Assembly (NCBI GenBank): GCA_963813715.1
Contig: CAWFAK010000012.1
Coordinates: 399,193 to 463,192 of the forward strand
Reading direction: 5' to 3'
Origin: an uncultured Planctomycetaceae bacterium
GTDB taxonomy: Bacteria > Planctomycetota > Planctomycetia > Planctomycetales > Planctomycetaceae
DNA length: 64,000 bases
Shown here piece after piece: positions 32,817 to 43,541 of this stretch. The notes under the pieces are model-generated. The model did no database searches and was not told the origin of the DNA. It worked only from the letters and a program-made list of their open reading frames with translations. A program made the position numbers and the translations under genes. Positions within the stretch are counted from its first letter, which is position 1; each line of letters starts with the position of its first letter.

Positions 32817-35522
32817 ATGAAATCGGGCTCCCGATTTCTTCTCGCGTCGTTCATTCTGACCCTCGGCCTCGGGACGCGCGAGACCGCGCACGCCCAGCAC
32901 CCGTCGCTGGCGGCCATCGCGGCCGCCAAGTCAGCGACTGCCAGCTCCGAGCGTCCCAAATCGAAGCTCGACCTGGTCACCGAAGGCATGAAGACGGCCG
33001 GCGAAAACGGTCTCTTCAAGATGTGGTACAACGATCAGCGCCTGCTGATCCTCATCAAGTCGAGCGACCTCGATAAGGAATTCATCGTCCTCACCTCGAT
33101 CGCCAAGGGTATCAGCCGCAACGACGTCATCGGCGGCATGTACCTGGGCTTCGACGACGACGTGATCTGGGTCTTCAAGAAAGTCGGCGACAACCTGCAC
33201 ATCGTGCGGCGCAATGTCCGCTTCCTCGCCAGTCCGGGCACTCCCGAAGCCGACGCCGTCTCGATGGCCTACAGCGACAGCGTGCTCTACTCGCTGCCCA
33301 TCGTCACCGATGCCGAGGGCGGGCACGTGGTCGACTTCACCCGCGCCTTCATGAACGACGACCAGATGATCGGCCGTTCGATCGGCGCACCCGGGCCCCC
33401 GTTCCACTTCGTCTCCGACCGCTCGACGTGGGCCAAGGTCAAAGTTTTCAAAGACAATGCCGAGCTCCGCGTGGCGGCCGTCTATAGCGGCATGCAAAAC
33501 CTGCAGACGGTCATCGATCCGCGGGGCGTGCAGATTCAGGTCCACTACGGCATCAGCCGTCTTCCCGCCACCGATTATCGCCCGCGGAAGGCGGACGATC
33601 GCGTGGGCTACTTCCTCACCGTCCGCAAGAACTTCTCCGACAAGGAAGACGACCAGCACTTTGTCCGCTACATCAACCGCTGGAACCTCAAGAAGGAATC
33701 GCCCGAAAGCACCATCTCGGCCCCGGTGAAGCCGATCAAGTTCTATATCGAAGACACCGTTCCCAAGAACCTGCGGCCGTACGTCGCCGAGGGCATTCTC
33801 GAGTGGAACAAGGCCTTCGAGAAGCTGGGCTATTACAACGCGATCCACGTCGAACAGCCGGGCGACTACGAAAAGTACAAAGAAGACATCGATCCGGAAG
33901 ACATCAACTACAACTTCTTCCGCTGGATCACGGCGGAGGCCGGTTTCGCGATCGGGCCTTCCCGTGTGAATCCCAAGACGGGCGAAATCCTCGACGCCGA
34001 CATTCTCTTCGACGACGGCTTCCTGCGGTATTGGAAGCAAGAGTACGAGGTGATGACGCCGCAGACGCTGGCAGAGCTGTTCGGGCATCCGACCGCCAGG
34101 CTCGCCGACGCGAACAAGCTGTTCGAAGAGGCCCATCAGGCACTGGAGCACGGTGCGAGCTGCCGGTGCACGTATTGTCGCGGCATGCAGCACCAGATGG
34201 GCTTTGCCGCCTCGGTGCTGATGGCCAAGGGGGCGACTGACGACAAGGGCAAGCTGCCCGAAGAATTCGTCCACCAGGCCCTCAAAGAAGTCGTGATGCA
34301 CGAGGTCGGCCACACGCTCGGCCTGCGGCATAACTTCAAGGCCAGCGCGTGGAAAGATCTCAAGGAGATCAACGACAAGGCCAAGGCGCCGGGCCAGGCG
34401 ACCGTTGGCAGCGTGATGGACTACGCTCCGCCCAATATCACGCCGGCCGGCGTCACCCAGGGTTACTACTACACGCCCACGATCGGTCCCTACGACTACT
34501 GGGCCATCGAATATGGCTACAAGGAATTCTCCGGCAGCGAATCGACCGAGCTGGCCAAGGTCGCGGCCCGCGGCACCGAGCCGGCCCTGCAATACGCGAC
34601 AGACGAGGACGTCTTCTTCGGCAGCGACCCGCTGGTCAACTTGTTCGACCTCGGGCACGATCCGATGGATTTCGCCAATCGCCAGATGAAGCTGAGCACA
34701 GAGCTGATGCCCAAGCTGCTCGAACGCTCGGTGAAGAAGGGTGAGGGCTACCAGAAAGCCCGCCAGGCCTTCAACAAGATGTTCCAGGAATACTGGCGGA
34801 CGGCTCAATATGCGGCCAAGTTCCCCGGCGGCGTATTCGTGAACCGCGACCACGACGGCGACCCGAATCAGCGTCCGCCCTTCACCATGGTGGACGTCAA
34901 GCAACAGCGCGAGGGGATGAAGCTGCTGGCCGAACACGTCTTCAGCGCACCCAAGTACGATCCGAAGCTGCTCAACTACCTGCCGGCGAGCCACTGGCTG
35001 CACTGGGGCATGGTGTTCCCGTCGCGTCTCGATTACCCGATTTACGAGACGGTTGGCGCCATGCAGGAATTCATCCTGTTCGATCTGCTCAATGCGCGAA
35101 CTCTGCAGCGCCTCCACGACAACGAGTTGAAGGTCGTCGGCGACGGGGACCGCTACACCATGGCCGAACACGTGCGGACGCTCGTCGAGGCGATCTTCTC
35201 CGAGTGGAAAGAGGCCAAGCCGGGCAAGTACACGGATTCGACACCGTTCATCGCCGGCTTCCGCCGCAACCTGCAGCGGATGGCGCTGAGCGATCTGGCG
35301 TTCTTCGTGCAGGAATCGTTCAGCGGTCCGGAAGACATTCGGACGCTGGCGCGTATGCACCTCACCGCGCTTGACCAGCAGCTTTCGGCGCTGTTGCAGC
35401 CGACTGATCCGAAACTCAAGGACCTCAAGCTCGACGATTACTCGCGCGCCCATCTGCTGGATTCGCAGAAGCGGATCCATCAGATTCTCAACGCGCAGTT
35501 GATCCTGCAATCCGTGGATTGA
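32817..35522 (+). CDS. Secreted zinc metalloprotease (DUF5117/DUF4953, EcxA-like)
   Basis: Signal peptide, DDRVGYF, WNKAFE, HEVGHTLGLRHNF, SVMDY, GPYDYWAIEYGY. Confidence 0.9.
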   Translation: MKSGSRFLLASFILTLGLGTRETAHAQHPSLAAIAAAKSATASSERPKSKLDLVTEGMKTAGENGLFKMWYNDQRLLILIKSSDLDKEFIVLTSIAKGISRNDVIGGMYLGFDDDVIWVFKKVGDNLHIVRRNVRFLASPGTPEADAVSMAYSDSVLYSLPIVTDAEGGHVVDFTRAFMNDDQMIGRSIGAPGPPFHFVSDRSTWAKVKVFKDNAELRVAAVYSGMQNLQTVIDPRGVQIQVHYGISRLPATDYRPRKADDRVGYFLTVRKNFSDKEDDQHFVRYINRWNLKKESPESTISAPVKPIKFYIEDTVPKNLRPYVAEGILEWNKAFEKLGYYNAIHVEQPGDYEKYKEDIDPEDINYNFFRWITAEAGFAIGPSRVNPKTGEILDADILFDDGFLRYWKQEYEVMTPQTLAELFGHPTARLADANKLFEEAHQALEHGASCRCTYCRGMQHQMGFAASVLMAKGATDDKGKLPEEFVHQALKEVVMHEVGHTLGLRHNFKASAWKDLKEINDKAKAPGQATVGSVMDYAPPNITPAGVTQGYYYTPTIGPYDYWAIEYGYKEFSGSESTELAKVAARGTEPALQYATDEDVFFGSDPLVNLFDLGHDPMDFANRQMKLSTELMPKLLERSVKKGEGYQKARQAFNKMFQEYWRTAQYAAKFPGGVFVNRDHDGDPNQRPPFTMVDVKQQREGMKLLAEHVFSAPKYDPKLLNYLPASHWLHWGMVFPSRLDYPIYETVGAMQEFILFDLLNARTLQRLHDNELKVVGDGDRYTMAEHVRTLVEAIFSEWKEAKPGKYTDSTPFIAGFRRNLQRMALSDLAFFVQESFSGPEDIRTLARMHLTALDQQLSALLQPTDPKLKDLKLDDYSRAHLLDSQKRIHQILNAQLILQSVD

Positions 35523-35528
35523 TCGTTC

Positions 35529-37085
35529 ATGAATGGACGCCGGACGGCGATCGGCTTCACGCTGGTGGCGGCCGGGTCCCTTGCGGTTCTGTGGCTCTCG
35601 AACCTGCCGCTGGGCGTCCCCGGCGAATGGGAATGGGATCGCATTCCCGTCGCGCGGGGCGAGTGGCTGGCCCTCGTCCTGGGATGGCTGTCGGCTGGCC
35701 TGGTCGGCGGTCTCTACGTCGCGCTTCACGCTCTTGGGCTCTCGGCGAATTGGTGGCGCGTCGCGCGGGCTGGTGGCCGCCTGGCTGGCCGCCGCTCACT
35801 GTCGGCGGCTTTGCCTGGCTGTGGGTCGTGCAAGACAGCCCAGCCGATCCCGCGTTCGGGATGGCGAAGACCGGGTGGGTGCTCTACTTCCGCGGCACCG
35901 AGGGCTACTTCGACCAGGCCCGCTACGAGATGCGGGACGTCTCCTCGTACCTGCGAGGGTACGAGCGACTGATGGCGCAGGGGGACGTGCTGCACCTGGG
36001 CACGCATCCTCCCGGACTGATTCTCTTTCACCGCGCGTGCCTCAACGCGTGCACCGATTCGCCCGCTCTTCGCGAACTGTTGCTGCGGACGCAGCCCGCG
36101 TCGTTTCGCGAGGCGATCGATCAGACCGAAGAATTCAATCGCGGGACTGACCACGCCCTGACGCCGAATGATCGGGCCGCCCTGTGGCTGGCCGCCTTGA
36201 TCACGCAGGCCGTGGCCGCGGCGGCGCTCGTTCCGATTTATTTGCTCGTGCGGCGGGATCATCCGCAGCCGATCGCCTGGCTGGCAGCGGCGATCTGGCC
36301 GCTCGTGCCAGCGCTCGCCATCTTTCTGCCGAAGTCCGACTCGCTCTTACCTTGCTTGGGCGCACTCTTTCTGTGGCTCTGGCTCGACGGATTTCGGCAC
36401 GGACGGCTGGTGTTTTGTTTTCTGGCCGGCGCCCTCTTTTGGCTGACGATGTTTGTGAGCCTGGCCGTACTGCCGATCGCGGCCGCCGCTTTCTTGCTCA
36501 CGCTGTGGGAAGGCGCAGCTGTGCGCGAAAGCCGAACGTCCCGTGCTCCGCGTTCGCGATTGGGCCGCGCGAATCGGCGCCGCGGCCGTCGGCTGGGCGA
36601 TTCCCGTCGGACTCCTGGCGCTCGCCGGAGTCAACCTGCTCCGCGTCTGGAGCTGGAACTATCACAATCATGCCGGCTTCTATCAGCAGAACGTGCGAAC
36701 CTACGGGCGCTGGCTCATTGCCAATCCGATCGAACTCGCCTTCGCCTTCGGCGCGCCGCTGGCGTTCGCGGCGATTTTGGGAATCGCGTTCGCGATTCGC
36801 GCCGGCTGGCGTCGACGGGCGGCGGGCCCAGCCTGGTGCCTGACTGCCGTCTGGGTCTTGCTCTGGCTCTCGGGAAAAAACATGGGGGAGGCCGCGCGGC
36901 TCTGGCTGATCCTCATGCCGTGGGCGGCCTGGTTGTCGGCGGGCTACTTCGAAGCGATGCTCAATCCGCACGCGCCGCCGGCAGAAGGCCGAGTTTCGCT
37001 GTGGCCGGCGCTCGCGCTCCTGGCGCTGCAGCTCGTGGTCTGCTTGGGGACGGTGACGCGGGTGACCGGCTTTCGCTGGAGCTAG
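35529..37085 (+). CDS. Polytopic membrane protein, GT-C glycosyltransferase-like (frameshifts ~35780 and ~36545)
   Basis: Multiple TM segments, HLGTHPPG, PKSD, GEAARLW over three frames. Confidence 0.65.
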
Positions 37086-37153
37086 TCCGCGCAAGTTTCG
37101 CGGTGCGCCATCGGATTTTTTGGAATTTTGTGATTGCGTCGCCGCCGCACCAT

Positions 37154-37175
37154 TTGTATGGTTGTACTAATACAA
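37154..37175. promoter_or_regulatory. Putative YtrA/GntR operator
   Basis: TTGTAT-N10-ATACAA inverted repeat in an AT-rich patch just upstream of the GntR gene. Confidence 0.65.
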
Positions 37176-37212
37176 TTTAGATCGGTCGGTTTCTCGCGGG
37201 CGGCTCTTTCGC

Positions 37213-37623
37213 GTGCAAATTCACATTTCCTCCAGCGACGGCGTGGCGATCTACTTGCAGATCGTCAACCAGGTCAAATACCTGGTCGCCTCGGGGCGTT
37301 TGACGCCGGGGGCTGAGCTGCCGCCGATCCGCGTGCTGGCCGAGCGGCTTTTGATCAATCCCAGCACCGTCGCCCGCGCGTATCGCGAGCTGGAGGCCGC
37401 CGGCATCGTGGAGAAGCGGCGCACGGCCGGGACCTACGTCTCCGACCAGGGGTCGCCGCTGGCCCGCCGGGAGCGGATGAAGATTCTCTCCGAGCGTGTC
37501 GATGCCCTGTTGGCTGAAGCCCGACAGATGAATATCACCTTGGAAGACGTCATTAAGCTGATCGAGCAACGCAACGCGGTCCTGCAAGCGTCGGCCGCTA
37601 AGAGCGATTCTGTCGAGGAATGA
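37213..37623 (+). CDS. GntR family regulator (YtrA subfamily)
   Basis: IYLQIVNQV, LPPIRVLA, INPSTVARAYREL, short C-terminus. Confidence 0.9.
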   Translation: MQIHISSSDGVAIYLQIVNQVKYLVASGRLTPGAELPPIRVLAERLLINPSTVARAYRELEAAGIVEKRRTAGTYVSDQGSPLARRERMKILSERVDALLAEARQMNITLEDVIKLIEQRNAVLQASAAKSDSVEE

Positions 37624-38528
37624 CCATGCACGATCCCCTCCCCTCCGCTGCCCCGCCGATTGTCGACATTCGCCGACTGACCCGGCAGTTCGGCAACAAG
37701 ACGGCCCTCGACGACGTCTCGCTCACCGTGCCTCGCGGCGGCGTGTTCGGCCTGATCGGCGGCAACGGTGCCGGCAAAACGACGATGATCAAGCACATCC
37801 TCGGACTGCTCAAGGCCCAATCGGGAACCGTGCGCGTCTTCGGGCTCGACCCGGTCGCCAATCCGGTCGGCACGCTGGGACGCATTGGCTATCTGTCTGA
37901 AAACCGCGATCTGCCCGAGTGGATGTGCGTCTGCGAACTGATGCGCTATACGCAGGCTTTCTTCCCCAATTGGGACGAGGCCTATGCCGAGGAGTTGCGA
38001 CAAGCCTTCGATCTCGATCCCAACGCCCGGATCAAGACACTCTCGCGCGGCCAGCGGGCCCGCGCCGGACTGCTCGTGGCCCTCGCCCATCGGCCCGAGT
38101 TGCTGGTGCTCGACGAGCCCTCTTCCGGCCTCGATCCGGTAGTCCGCCGCGACATTCTGGGGGCCATCATCCGCACCATCGCCGACGAGGGACGGACCGT
38201 GCTCTTCTCGTCGCATCTGTTGGATGAAGTCGAACGCGTGGCCGACCGCGTGGCCATCATCCACCAGGGGCGAATTCTGCTCACCGCGCCGATGGAAGAA
38301 ATCAAGGACACCCACCGCCGCGTGACCCTGCGCTTCGGCCAGCCGCTCGACCGTCCGCCGTCGCTCGTGGGCACCCTTTCCTTCGAGGGCCAGGGGCACG
38401 AGTGGACCTACATCTGCAGCGGCGAGAGCGGCCAGTTGCGGCGGGCCGCGGAAGCGATCGGCGCCACGGTCGTCGACGACGCGGCCCTCTCGCTCGACGA
38501 GATCTTCGTCTCGCGCGTGTTGAACTGA
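37620..38528 (+). CDS. ABC transporter ATP-binding protein
   Basis: GGNGAGKT, LSRGQ, LVLDEP, SSHLL. Confidence 0.92.
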   Translation: MTMHDPLPSAAPPIVDIRRLTRQFGNKTALDDVSLTVPRGGVFGLIGGNGAGKTTMIKHILGLLKAQSGTVRVFGLDPVANPVGTLGRIGYLSENRDLPEWMCVCELMRYTQAFFPNWDEAYAEELRQAFDLDPNARIKTLSRGQRARAGLLVALAHRPELLVLDEPSSGLDPVVRRDILGAIIRTIADEGRTVLFSSHLLDEVERVADRVAIIHQGRILLTAPMEEIKDTHRRVTLRFGQPLDRPPSLVGTLSFEGQGHEWTYICSGESGQLRRAAEAIGATVVDDAALSLDEIFVSRVLN

Positions 38529-38572
38529 CGTTGCCCGTCTGAAAGTGCCAAGAGAATAACGCAGGAATCGCG

Positions 38573-40156
38573 ATGAAATCTGTTCCCTGGGCAATTGGCT
38601 GGGAAATGCTGCGTCGCGGGCGCTGGGGACTGGTTCTGGCCTCCCTCGGCGCCAATGCCCTGCCAGCACTCCTCTTCGGATTGCTGAGGTATGAGGGGGC
38701 GCTCGATCTTCCGAACGAACCCAGCAGCATCATCATGTACCTGATGACCGTGCAGATCAATTTGTTTCTCTTTGGGACGGCGGTCATCGCCGCGCTCTCG
38801 CCGATGTCGCGGCTCTATACCTATCCGGTATCGACAGCTTCCCTCGTCGGCTGGCACATGGTGCTGGGAATGATGGCGGTCACGCTCGAGATGGCCGCCG
38901 CCATCGCGATCTTGAACGCGAGCTTCGGCTTGGGCTGGCGGCCGTTAGGCCCTAGCCTGTTCGCGGGCGCGACGTTTGCCGCAATACTCGCCAGCTTGTG
39001 GCTGGCCGAGAAATCGGGTTGGCTTCCGGTCGCGTTCGGGGTCGCGGCGGTCCCGTTGTGCCTGTGGTTCAAATCCCGGTACGGTCCCCTGTTTGCCAAC
39101 CCCAGCCATGACTGGACCGAGGTGACCTTTGGCGATGTGGCGACGCTCGCCGTGGTCCCGATCGGTGCCTACCTGGTGGGCGTGTTCGGCGTGACCCGCA
39201 ATCGTTGCGGCAGCCCGCCGTATTCGATCGGGCTGATGGCCTGGCTTCAGCGCGTGTTCGCATTCGGTCCGACGACAAAGCTCGCCTTTCGAAACCCTCT
39301 CCGCGCCCAGCTCTGGTTCGAGTGGCGGACGAAGGGAGTGGCCCTGCCGGCAATCGTCGGCATGGGCCTGTTCATGGGGTTTGGCATCTGGCTGCTCTCC
39401 AGCCGGCATGCGGATGCCCTCTTCGAGGGCTGTATCGCGGGGGGCGCGATGTTGCTGCTAGCCGCGTTGCTAGGCGGCTTCGTGTTGGGCAACGTCGGTC
39501 GCGCCGACAGCGACATCCAGATCGGCCAATTCCTGGCGACCCGCCCGCTCACCAACACACAACTGGCCGCCACGATCTTGAAGACGACCGCCAAGAGCGT
39601 CTTTCTCGGCTGGCTGCTTTGGGCCGTCGCCCTGTTGATCGTCTACGCGACGCTGCTGGCGCTGCGAGTCAACCTGCGTGTCACGCTTCCCGCGCCGCTC
39701 GGTTGGTGGTTCGTGCCGATCGAGCTCGTCGGTGCTTGGACCGCGGCGGGCCTGATGCTCACGCTCGTTTTGACGGGGCGACAAAACCTGGTCGCCGGCT
39801 TCATATTCGCGGCGATCACGCTGGCCATTGGCCTGATGCTCTTCCAGAAGACGGTCCTCTCACCGCAGGCTGGCGAGTATTTCAGTCGGGGCCTGGCTGC
39901 GTTCGGGGGAATGGTCTTCGTGCTGACAACAATTGTTGCCCTGGTCACCGCACACCGACGCCAGCTGATCTCGAGGCGGATGCTATCGGCCGCGGTCGGC
40001 GCCTGGATCGCGTTGTGCTCGCTGGGCGCCCTGTTCTGGCCCCCGTTCGCGGTCGAGCGGTTCGCGCTGGACATCCTGATCGCGGGACTCCTGGCCCTGT
40101 CAGTCGCTCCGGTGGCGACTGCTCCGCTGGCCGTCGCGTGGAACCGAACGCGATGA
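38573..40156 (+). CDS. ABC transporter permease-like membrane protein
   Basis: About 12 hydrophobic segments, follows the ABC ATPase. Confidence 0.72.
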   Translation: MKSVPWAIGWEMLRRGRWGLVLASLGANALPALLFGLLRYEGALDLPNEPSSIIMYLMTVQINLFLFGTAVIAALSPMSRLYTYPVSTASLVGWHMVLGMMAVTLEMAAAIAILNASFGLGWRPLGPSLFAGATFAAILASLWLAEKSGWLPVAFGVAAVPLCLWFKSRYGPLFANPSHDWTEVTFGDVATLAVVPIGAYLVGVFGVTRNRCGSPPYSIGLMAWLQRVFAFGPTTKLAFRNPLRAQLWFEWRTKGVALPAIVGMGLFMGFGIWLLSSRHADALFEGCIAGGAMLLLAALLGGFVLGNVGRADSDIQIGQFLATRPLTNTQLAATILKTTAKSVFLGWLLWAVALLIVYATLLALRVNLRVTLPAPLGWWFVPIELVGAWTAAGLMLTLVLTGRQNLVAGFIFAAITLAIGLMLFQKTVLSPQAGEYFSRGLAAFGGMVFVLTTIVALVTAHRRQLISRRMLSAAVGAWIALCSLGALFWPPFAVERFALDILIAGLLALSVAPVATAPLAVAWNRTR

Positions 40157-40386
40157 CAGGGCGACGCTGAGTTGTGCGCAGAGCCCGCTAGGCCTTCGCG
40201 CGCTGAGCAGTCGCGGGGACTTTGTCGATTCGCGAGACTCTGCCGGTCCGGCCGCCCGACAGAGTGGCGCTTCACACGTTGCCGCCCGCCCTCCATCCAC
40301 CCGGCACCCCCACCCGCCCGATACGAACGAAGGTGACATTTTCAGGCTGGTAATAATTTCAGGCGGCTTTCGTCCGGGCGGTTGTC

Positions 40387-41277
40387 TTGATGCGTTTCCG
40401 TGTGTGCCCCGATTTTGTGCGTCGCACGCTGGCCCTGCTGCTGCTGGCCGTCGGCAGTCTGCTGACGGGCTGCGGGGAGCAAGCGCCGAAGTTCGGCGAG
40501 CCGCGCGATATCGGCGACAAGGTGACCGACGCCGACCTGGAGACGTTCTTCCAGGTGATCGACGAGTTGCCCGAGAAAAAGTTGCCCGAGATGCCGCTAC
40601 TCTTCAAGCGGCCCCCGTCGTGGGACGAACAGCGAACGCTCCCCGTGAACGAGCTGGTGCGGGAAGAGTCGGACGAGCTGGAAAAATTGTGGAACGACGA
40701 GCACCTGATCCGCCACCTCGCCAAGGATCGGCCGCTGCAGAAGGCGCTGCGACAGCGGATGTCGCCGGCGCAGTTCGTCGGCCTGGTGAAAACGCTCGGT
40801 GCGGCGCTCGCGCGTAATGCCGTCCGGCCCGACCAGGATCTGAAACTGATCGTCGAGCAGGGCAAACGGCGAGTCAGCAAGCTGCGATCCCAAACGCAGC
40901 GGTTCAACCAGCTCGCACCCGACCAGCAGCACGACGTGCTCACCACGGCCGTTTGGATCACGCGTATCGACCGGGCCCGTCGGCTGTCGCAAGTGCCGCC
41001 CGAGAACCTGGCCCTCGTCAAAGCTCACTACGACCGGCTGAAGGCCATTTTTCCCCAGGAGTTCTGGGGCAATCCCTTCGACTCGATTGCCGACCAGATC
41101 GAAGAGCTGGGAATGTCGTTCGAGGAGCTGAAGCAAACGGGTCTCGACGCGGAGATCGACTGGAAGGAAAGCGACGCACTCCGCGGCCTGGATCCGCCCG
41201 ATCCGGATCCGCGGGAAATTCCCGTCGCCGCCTCCACCAGACCCGCGAGCCCCGTGCCCGAGCCGCCCCAGAAGTGA
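40387..41277 (+). CDS. Hypothetical lipoprotein
   Basis: Lipobox LTGC after a hydrophobic stretch. Confidence 0.7.
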   Translation: MMRFRVCPDFVRRTLALLLLAVGSLLTGCGEQAPKFGEPRDIGDKVTDADLETFFQVIDELPEKKLPEMPLLFKRPPSWDEQRTLPVNELVREESDELEKLWNDEHLIRHLAKDRPLQKALRQRMSPAQFVGLVKTLGAALARNAVRPDQDLKLIVEQGKRRVSKLRSQTQRFNQLAPDQQHDVLTTAVWITRIDRARRLSQVPPENLALVKAHYDRLKAIFPQEFWGNPFDSIADQIEELGMSFEELKQTGLDAEIDWKESDALRGLDPPDPDPREIPVAASTRPASPVPEPPQK

Positions 41278-41298
41278 CGATCCTGTTCGACCGCTCGA

Positions 41299-41583
41299 CT
41301 ACGGCTTGGTGGCGAGGCGGGCAAAGTACCCGTCGTAGGCTGCCCAGACGCGGACGACCGGTTGCGGTGCGTGGTCCAACAGCCGATAGATGGGCCACCA
41401 CGGCAGGACGAGAATCCGGAGCGGCGCGCGCAGCGTTCGCTCTCCACCATTGAGCTTGAGCACAGCGTACGTCATCGGGCCCGTGCTGAGCGCGTAAACC
41501 GCAAGCGCCAAAATGCCGGCAACCACTCGTGTCGCCCAGCCGACTCGCCGGCGCTCCGGTGCGTCGCTCACGGCGGTCTCCAC
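41299..41583 (-). CDS. Small hypothetical membrane protein
   Basis: LAVYALSTGP..PIY..L..W..Y pattern; directly follows the beta-propeller gene. Confidence 0.55.
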   Translation of the reverse strand: METAVSDAPERRRVGWATRVVAGILALAVYALSTGPMTYAVLKLNGGERTLRAPLRILVLPWWPIYRLLDHAPQPVVRVWAAYDGYFARLATKP

Positions 41584-41585
41584 CG

Positions 41586-42665
41586 TCAGTGGTTCGGAAC
41601 GAGATAGAAGCGAATGCTCTCTCGATGCTCCGCATCTACTATTGCCAGCAGTTTCCCGTCGGGCGATAAGGCGACGGGACCGGCATCCTGGGCGATTGTC
41701 AGGACGGTTCGGCAGTCCGGGATTCGCATGACATCGACATGTCCCTTTGAAGTGTAGGCTACCAAGCGTCCATCGCGGGAAACGTCCATTCGGTACTTAG
41801 GGCGGACAGGCCGCCAGTAAATCAGCTCCGCGCGATCATCAAACAGCCGGTAAAGCTGAAACTCTCGACCCAGCATTGCCAGATACTGCCCGTCCGGCGT
41901 GAGACAGATCTCTCCGCCTCCAGCCAGATGGTACTTGAGTTGCATGGTCGGTGTGCCGCCCGTGCCGGGCCGAACCCCGAGGATCTGTATCCCACCTCCA
42001 TAATTCACCGCCAGCCGCGTTTCGCCTCCGTTCGAAGCCGCCGACGCATCGTCGGTTCCCTTCGAGGTAGTCGTGCCAAACGAGCCGCCGTCAACCAGAC
42101 GTCCGTCGATGTTCCACCACACATGCGGGCGCGGGACCTCATGGGCAGCATCGATTTCCCCGCCAACGTTCTGTTCGACGACACACAAATCCCCGCGCTC
42201 GTCGAACCAAAGCCGTTGAATCCAGAGCATGTTCTGGTCATCTCGCGTGATCACGCCGGACCGGATCAGGTTGTCCAAGATCGAGAGATGCAGCTGCTGT
42301 TTTCTGTCCCAAGTCCGCGTGTCCCAGATATCAAAATCGATGCCATTGCCGTGGAGCACCGCAAGCAAGGATCCGTCGGGACTCCAGGCACATTGGAAAT
42401 AGGCGTTGCCAATATCTCTAACCACGGTTCCGTCGGGGATTTCATAGATTCGAGTCACTTGCTTCCCGCGATCGCCGATATCAAAAACCACGGCAAGCCT
42501 CTTACCGTCCGGCGCGAAGTGCAGGTCGTACGCACCCCATCCATCATGGGTCAGCTCGAGACACGGTTGCAGACCCGGCAAGCATCCAATCAAAAGCAGC
42601 ACCAACGCCGCGATGACCGAGGCGCCGATCGCGAGAACCTGAGTGTGCGTACGTGCCGTGTGCAC
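41586..42665 (-). CDS. WD40/beta-propeller protein
   Basis: FAPDGKRLA, WSPDGSLLA, TPDGQYLA, SRDGRLVA, LSPDGKLLA repeats. Confidence 0.8.
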   Translation of the reverse strand: MHTARTHTQVLAIGASVIAALVLLLIGCLPGLQPCLELTHDGWGAYDLHFAPDGKRLAVVFDIGDRGKQVTRIYEIPDGTVVRDIGNAYFQCAWSPDGSLLAVLHGNGIDFDIWDTRTWDRKQQLHLSILDNLIRSGVITRDDQNMLWIQRLWFDERGDLCVVEQNVGGEIDAAHEVPRPHVWWNIDGRLVDGGSFGTTTSKGTDDASAASNGGETRLAVNYGGGIQILGVRPGTGGTPTMQLKYHLAGGGEICLTPDGQYLAMLGREFQLYRLFDDRAELIYWRPVRPKYRMDVSRDGRLVAYTSKGHVDVMRIPDCRTVLTIAQDAGPVALSPDGKLLAIVDAEHRESIRFYLVPNH

Positions 42666-42719
42666 GGCTGAATTTTACCAGCACGACTTTGTCACGCGCG
42701 GACATATCGACAGGGAAAG

Positions 42720-42745
42720 CGGCTCAGCAGGAGCTTCGCCCTCCC
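42720..42745. repeat. REP-like intergenic element
   Basis: CGGCTCAGCAGGAGCTTCGCCCTCCC, resembling a recurrent planctomycete extragenic repeat (from recall); single copy here. Confidence 0.45.
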
Positions 42746-42762
42746 AGAATTGTCGCCACGGC

Positions 42763-43134
42763 TTACTGTGCGCTCGACATATCCGGCCGCAGCCGCTTGG
42801 CGTCTCGCAGGTAGACGTGCACCACTTCGCTTTGCGGCTTGTCGGTGTTGAGGTGGAGCAGAATGCGGATGCAGCGGCCCATGCTGCCCGGCACTGGAAT
42901 TTCGCAGGTGCACAACAGTGGAACCTGCTTCATCCCCAGGGTCCGCGCGGCCTCCGCCGGGAAGGCCGACGTCAGGTCGCTCGTGGTGGTGAAGATGGCC
43001 GAGGCGATGTCGTCGAACGTCCGAATGTCGTTGGCCCGCAGGATTTCGTTCAATAGCTCGGTCGTGGCCGACAGGACCTCAGCCGGCGTGTCGGCCGGCA
43101 CATTCGTCGCGCCTCGAATTCCCCTCACGGGCAT
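42763..43134 (-). CDS. aroH: Chorismate mutase, AroH class
   Basis: [31 protein letters not shown]. Confidence 0.93.
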   Translation of the reverse strand: MPVRGIRGATNVPADTPAEVLSATTELLNEILRANDIRTFDDIASAIFTTTSDLTSAFPAEAARTLGMKQVPLLCTCEIPVPGSMGRCIRILLHLNTDKPQSEVVHVYLRDAKRLRPDMSSAQ

Positions 43135-43405
43135 GTCTCGTTCCGCAGCTCGCGTAAATCCGATTCGGACCGGTCGGACCGCCCAATGTACCAAGAGCGC
43201 AAGGTCTTCGCGAAGGCCGCCCTACGACCTATCCGCGAACAGCTCCAAGCTTTATCCATGCAAGTCGCGAGCCGTCAATTCTGACATCGGAATGACGACA
43301 GCAGTCGCAAATGCGCGACAACGGGCCCGGCCGTCCAATATCGGCCGGTTGGAGAAAACCCACAATTTCCTGGGGATTTCAATACTTCACCCGCGATGCT
43401 TCGCG

Positions 43406-43420
43406 CGGCATCGACCTTGC
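43406..43420 (+). promoter_or_regulatory. sigma54 promoter upstream of structured leader
   Basis: CGGCAT-CGACC-TTGC; predicts +1 near 43432. Confidence 0.6.
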
Positions 43421-43431
43421 GTAAGTAACAG

Positions 43432-43541
43432 CTCACCACGGTGGGGCAGGCACCTGTGAACCGGTGGTTTCTGCCGGCGGAAACGCCGGGGCCTTTCGTC
43501 CATGCGGAGGGGCAGGCGAGAGGTTCCCGGCGCTTTCTTTT
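43432..43541 (+). ncRNA. Candidate cis-regulatory leader/sRNA with terminator-antiterminator
   Basis: P1 ACCACGGT/ACCGGTGGT, CCGGCG-GAAA-CGCCGG hairpin, long stem 43484-43532 plus TTTCTTTT. Confidence 0.5.

Noticed and set aside
32931..35729. Long antisense ORFs (e.g. 932 aa here, 15226-16974, 48368-50098)
   Set aside because: Shadow ORFs of real high-GC genes on the opposite strand
43432..43541. SRP RNA or known riboswitch (c-di-GMP, TPP, SAM, cobalamin, FMN)
   Set aside because: Hallmark conserved motifs of these families were not found by eye
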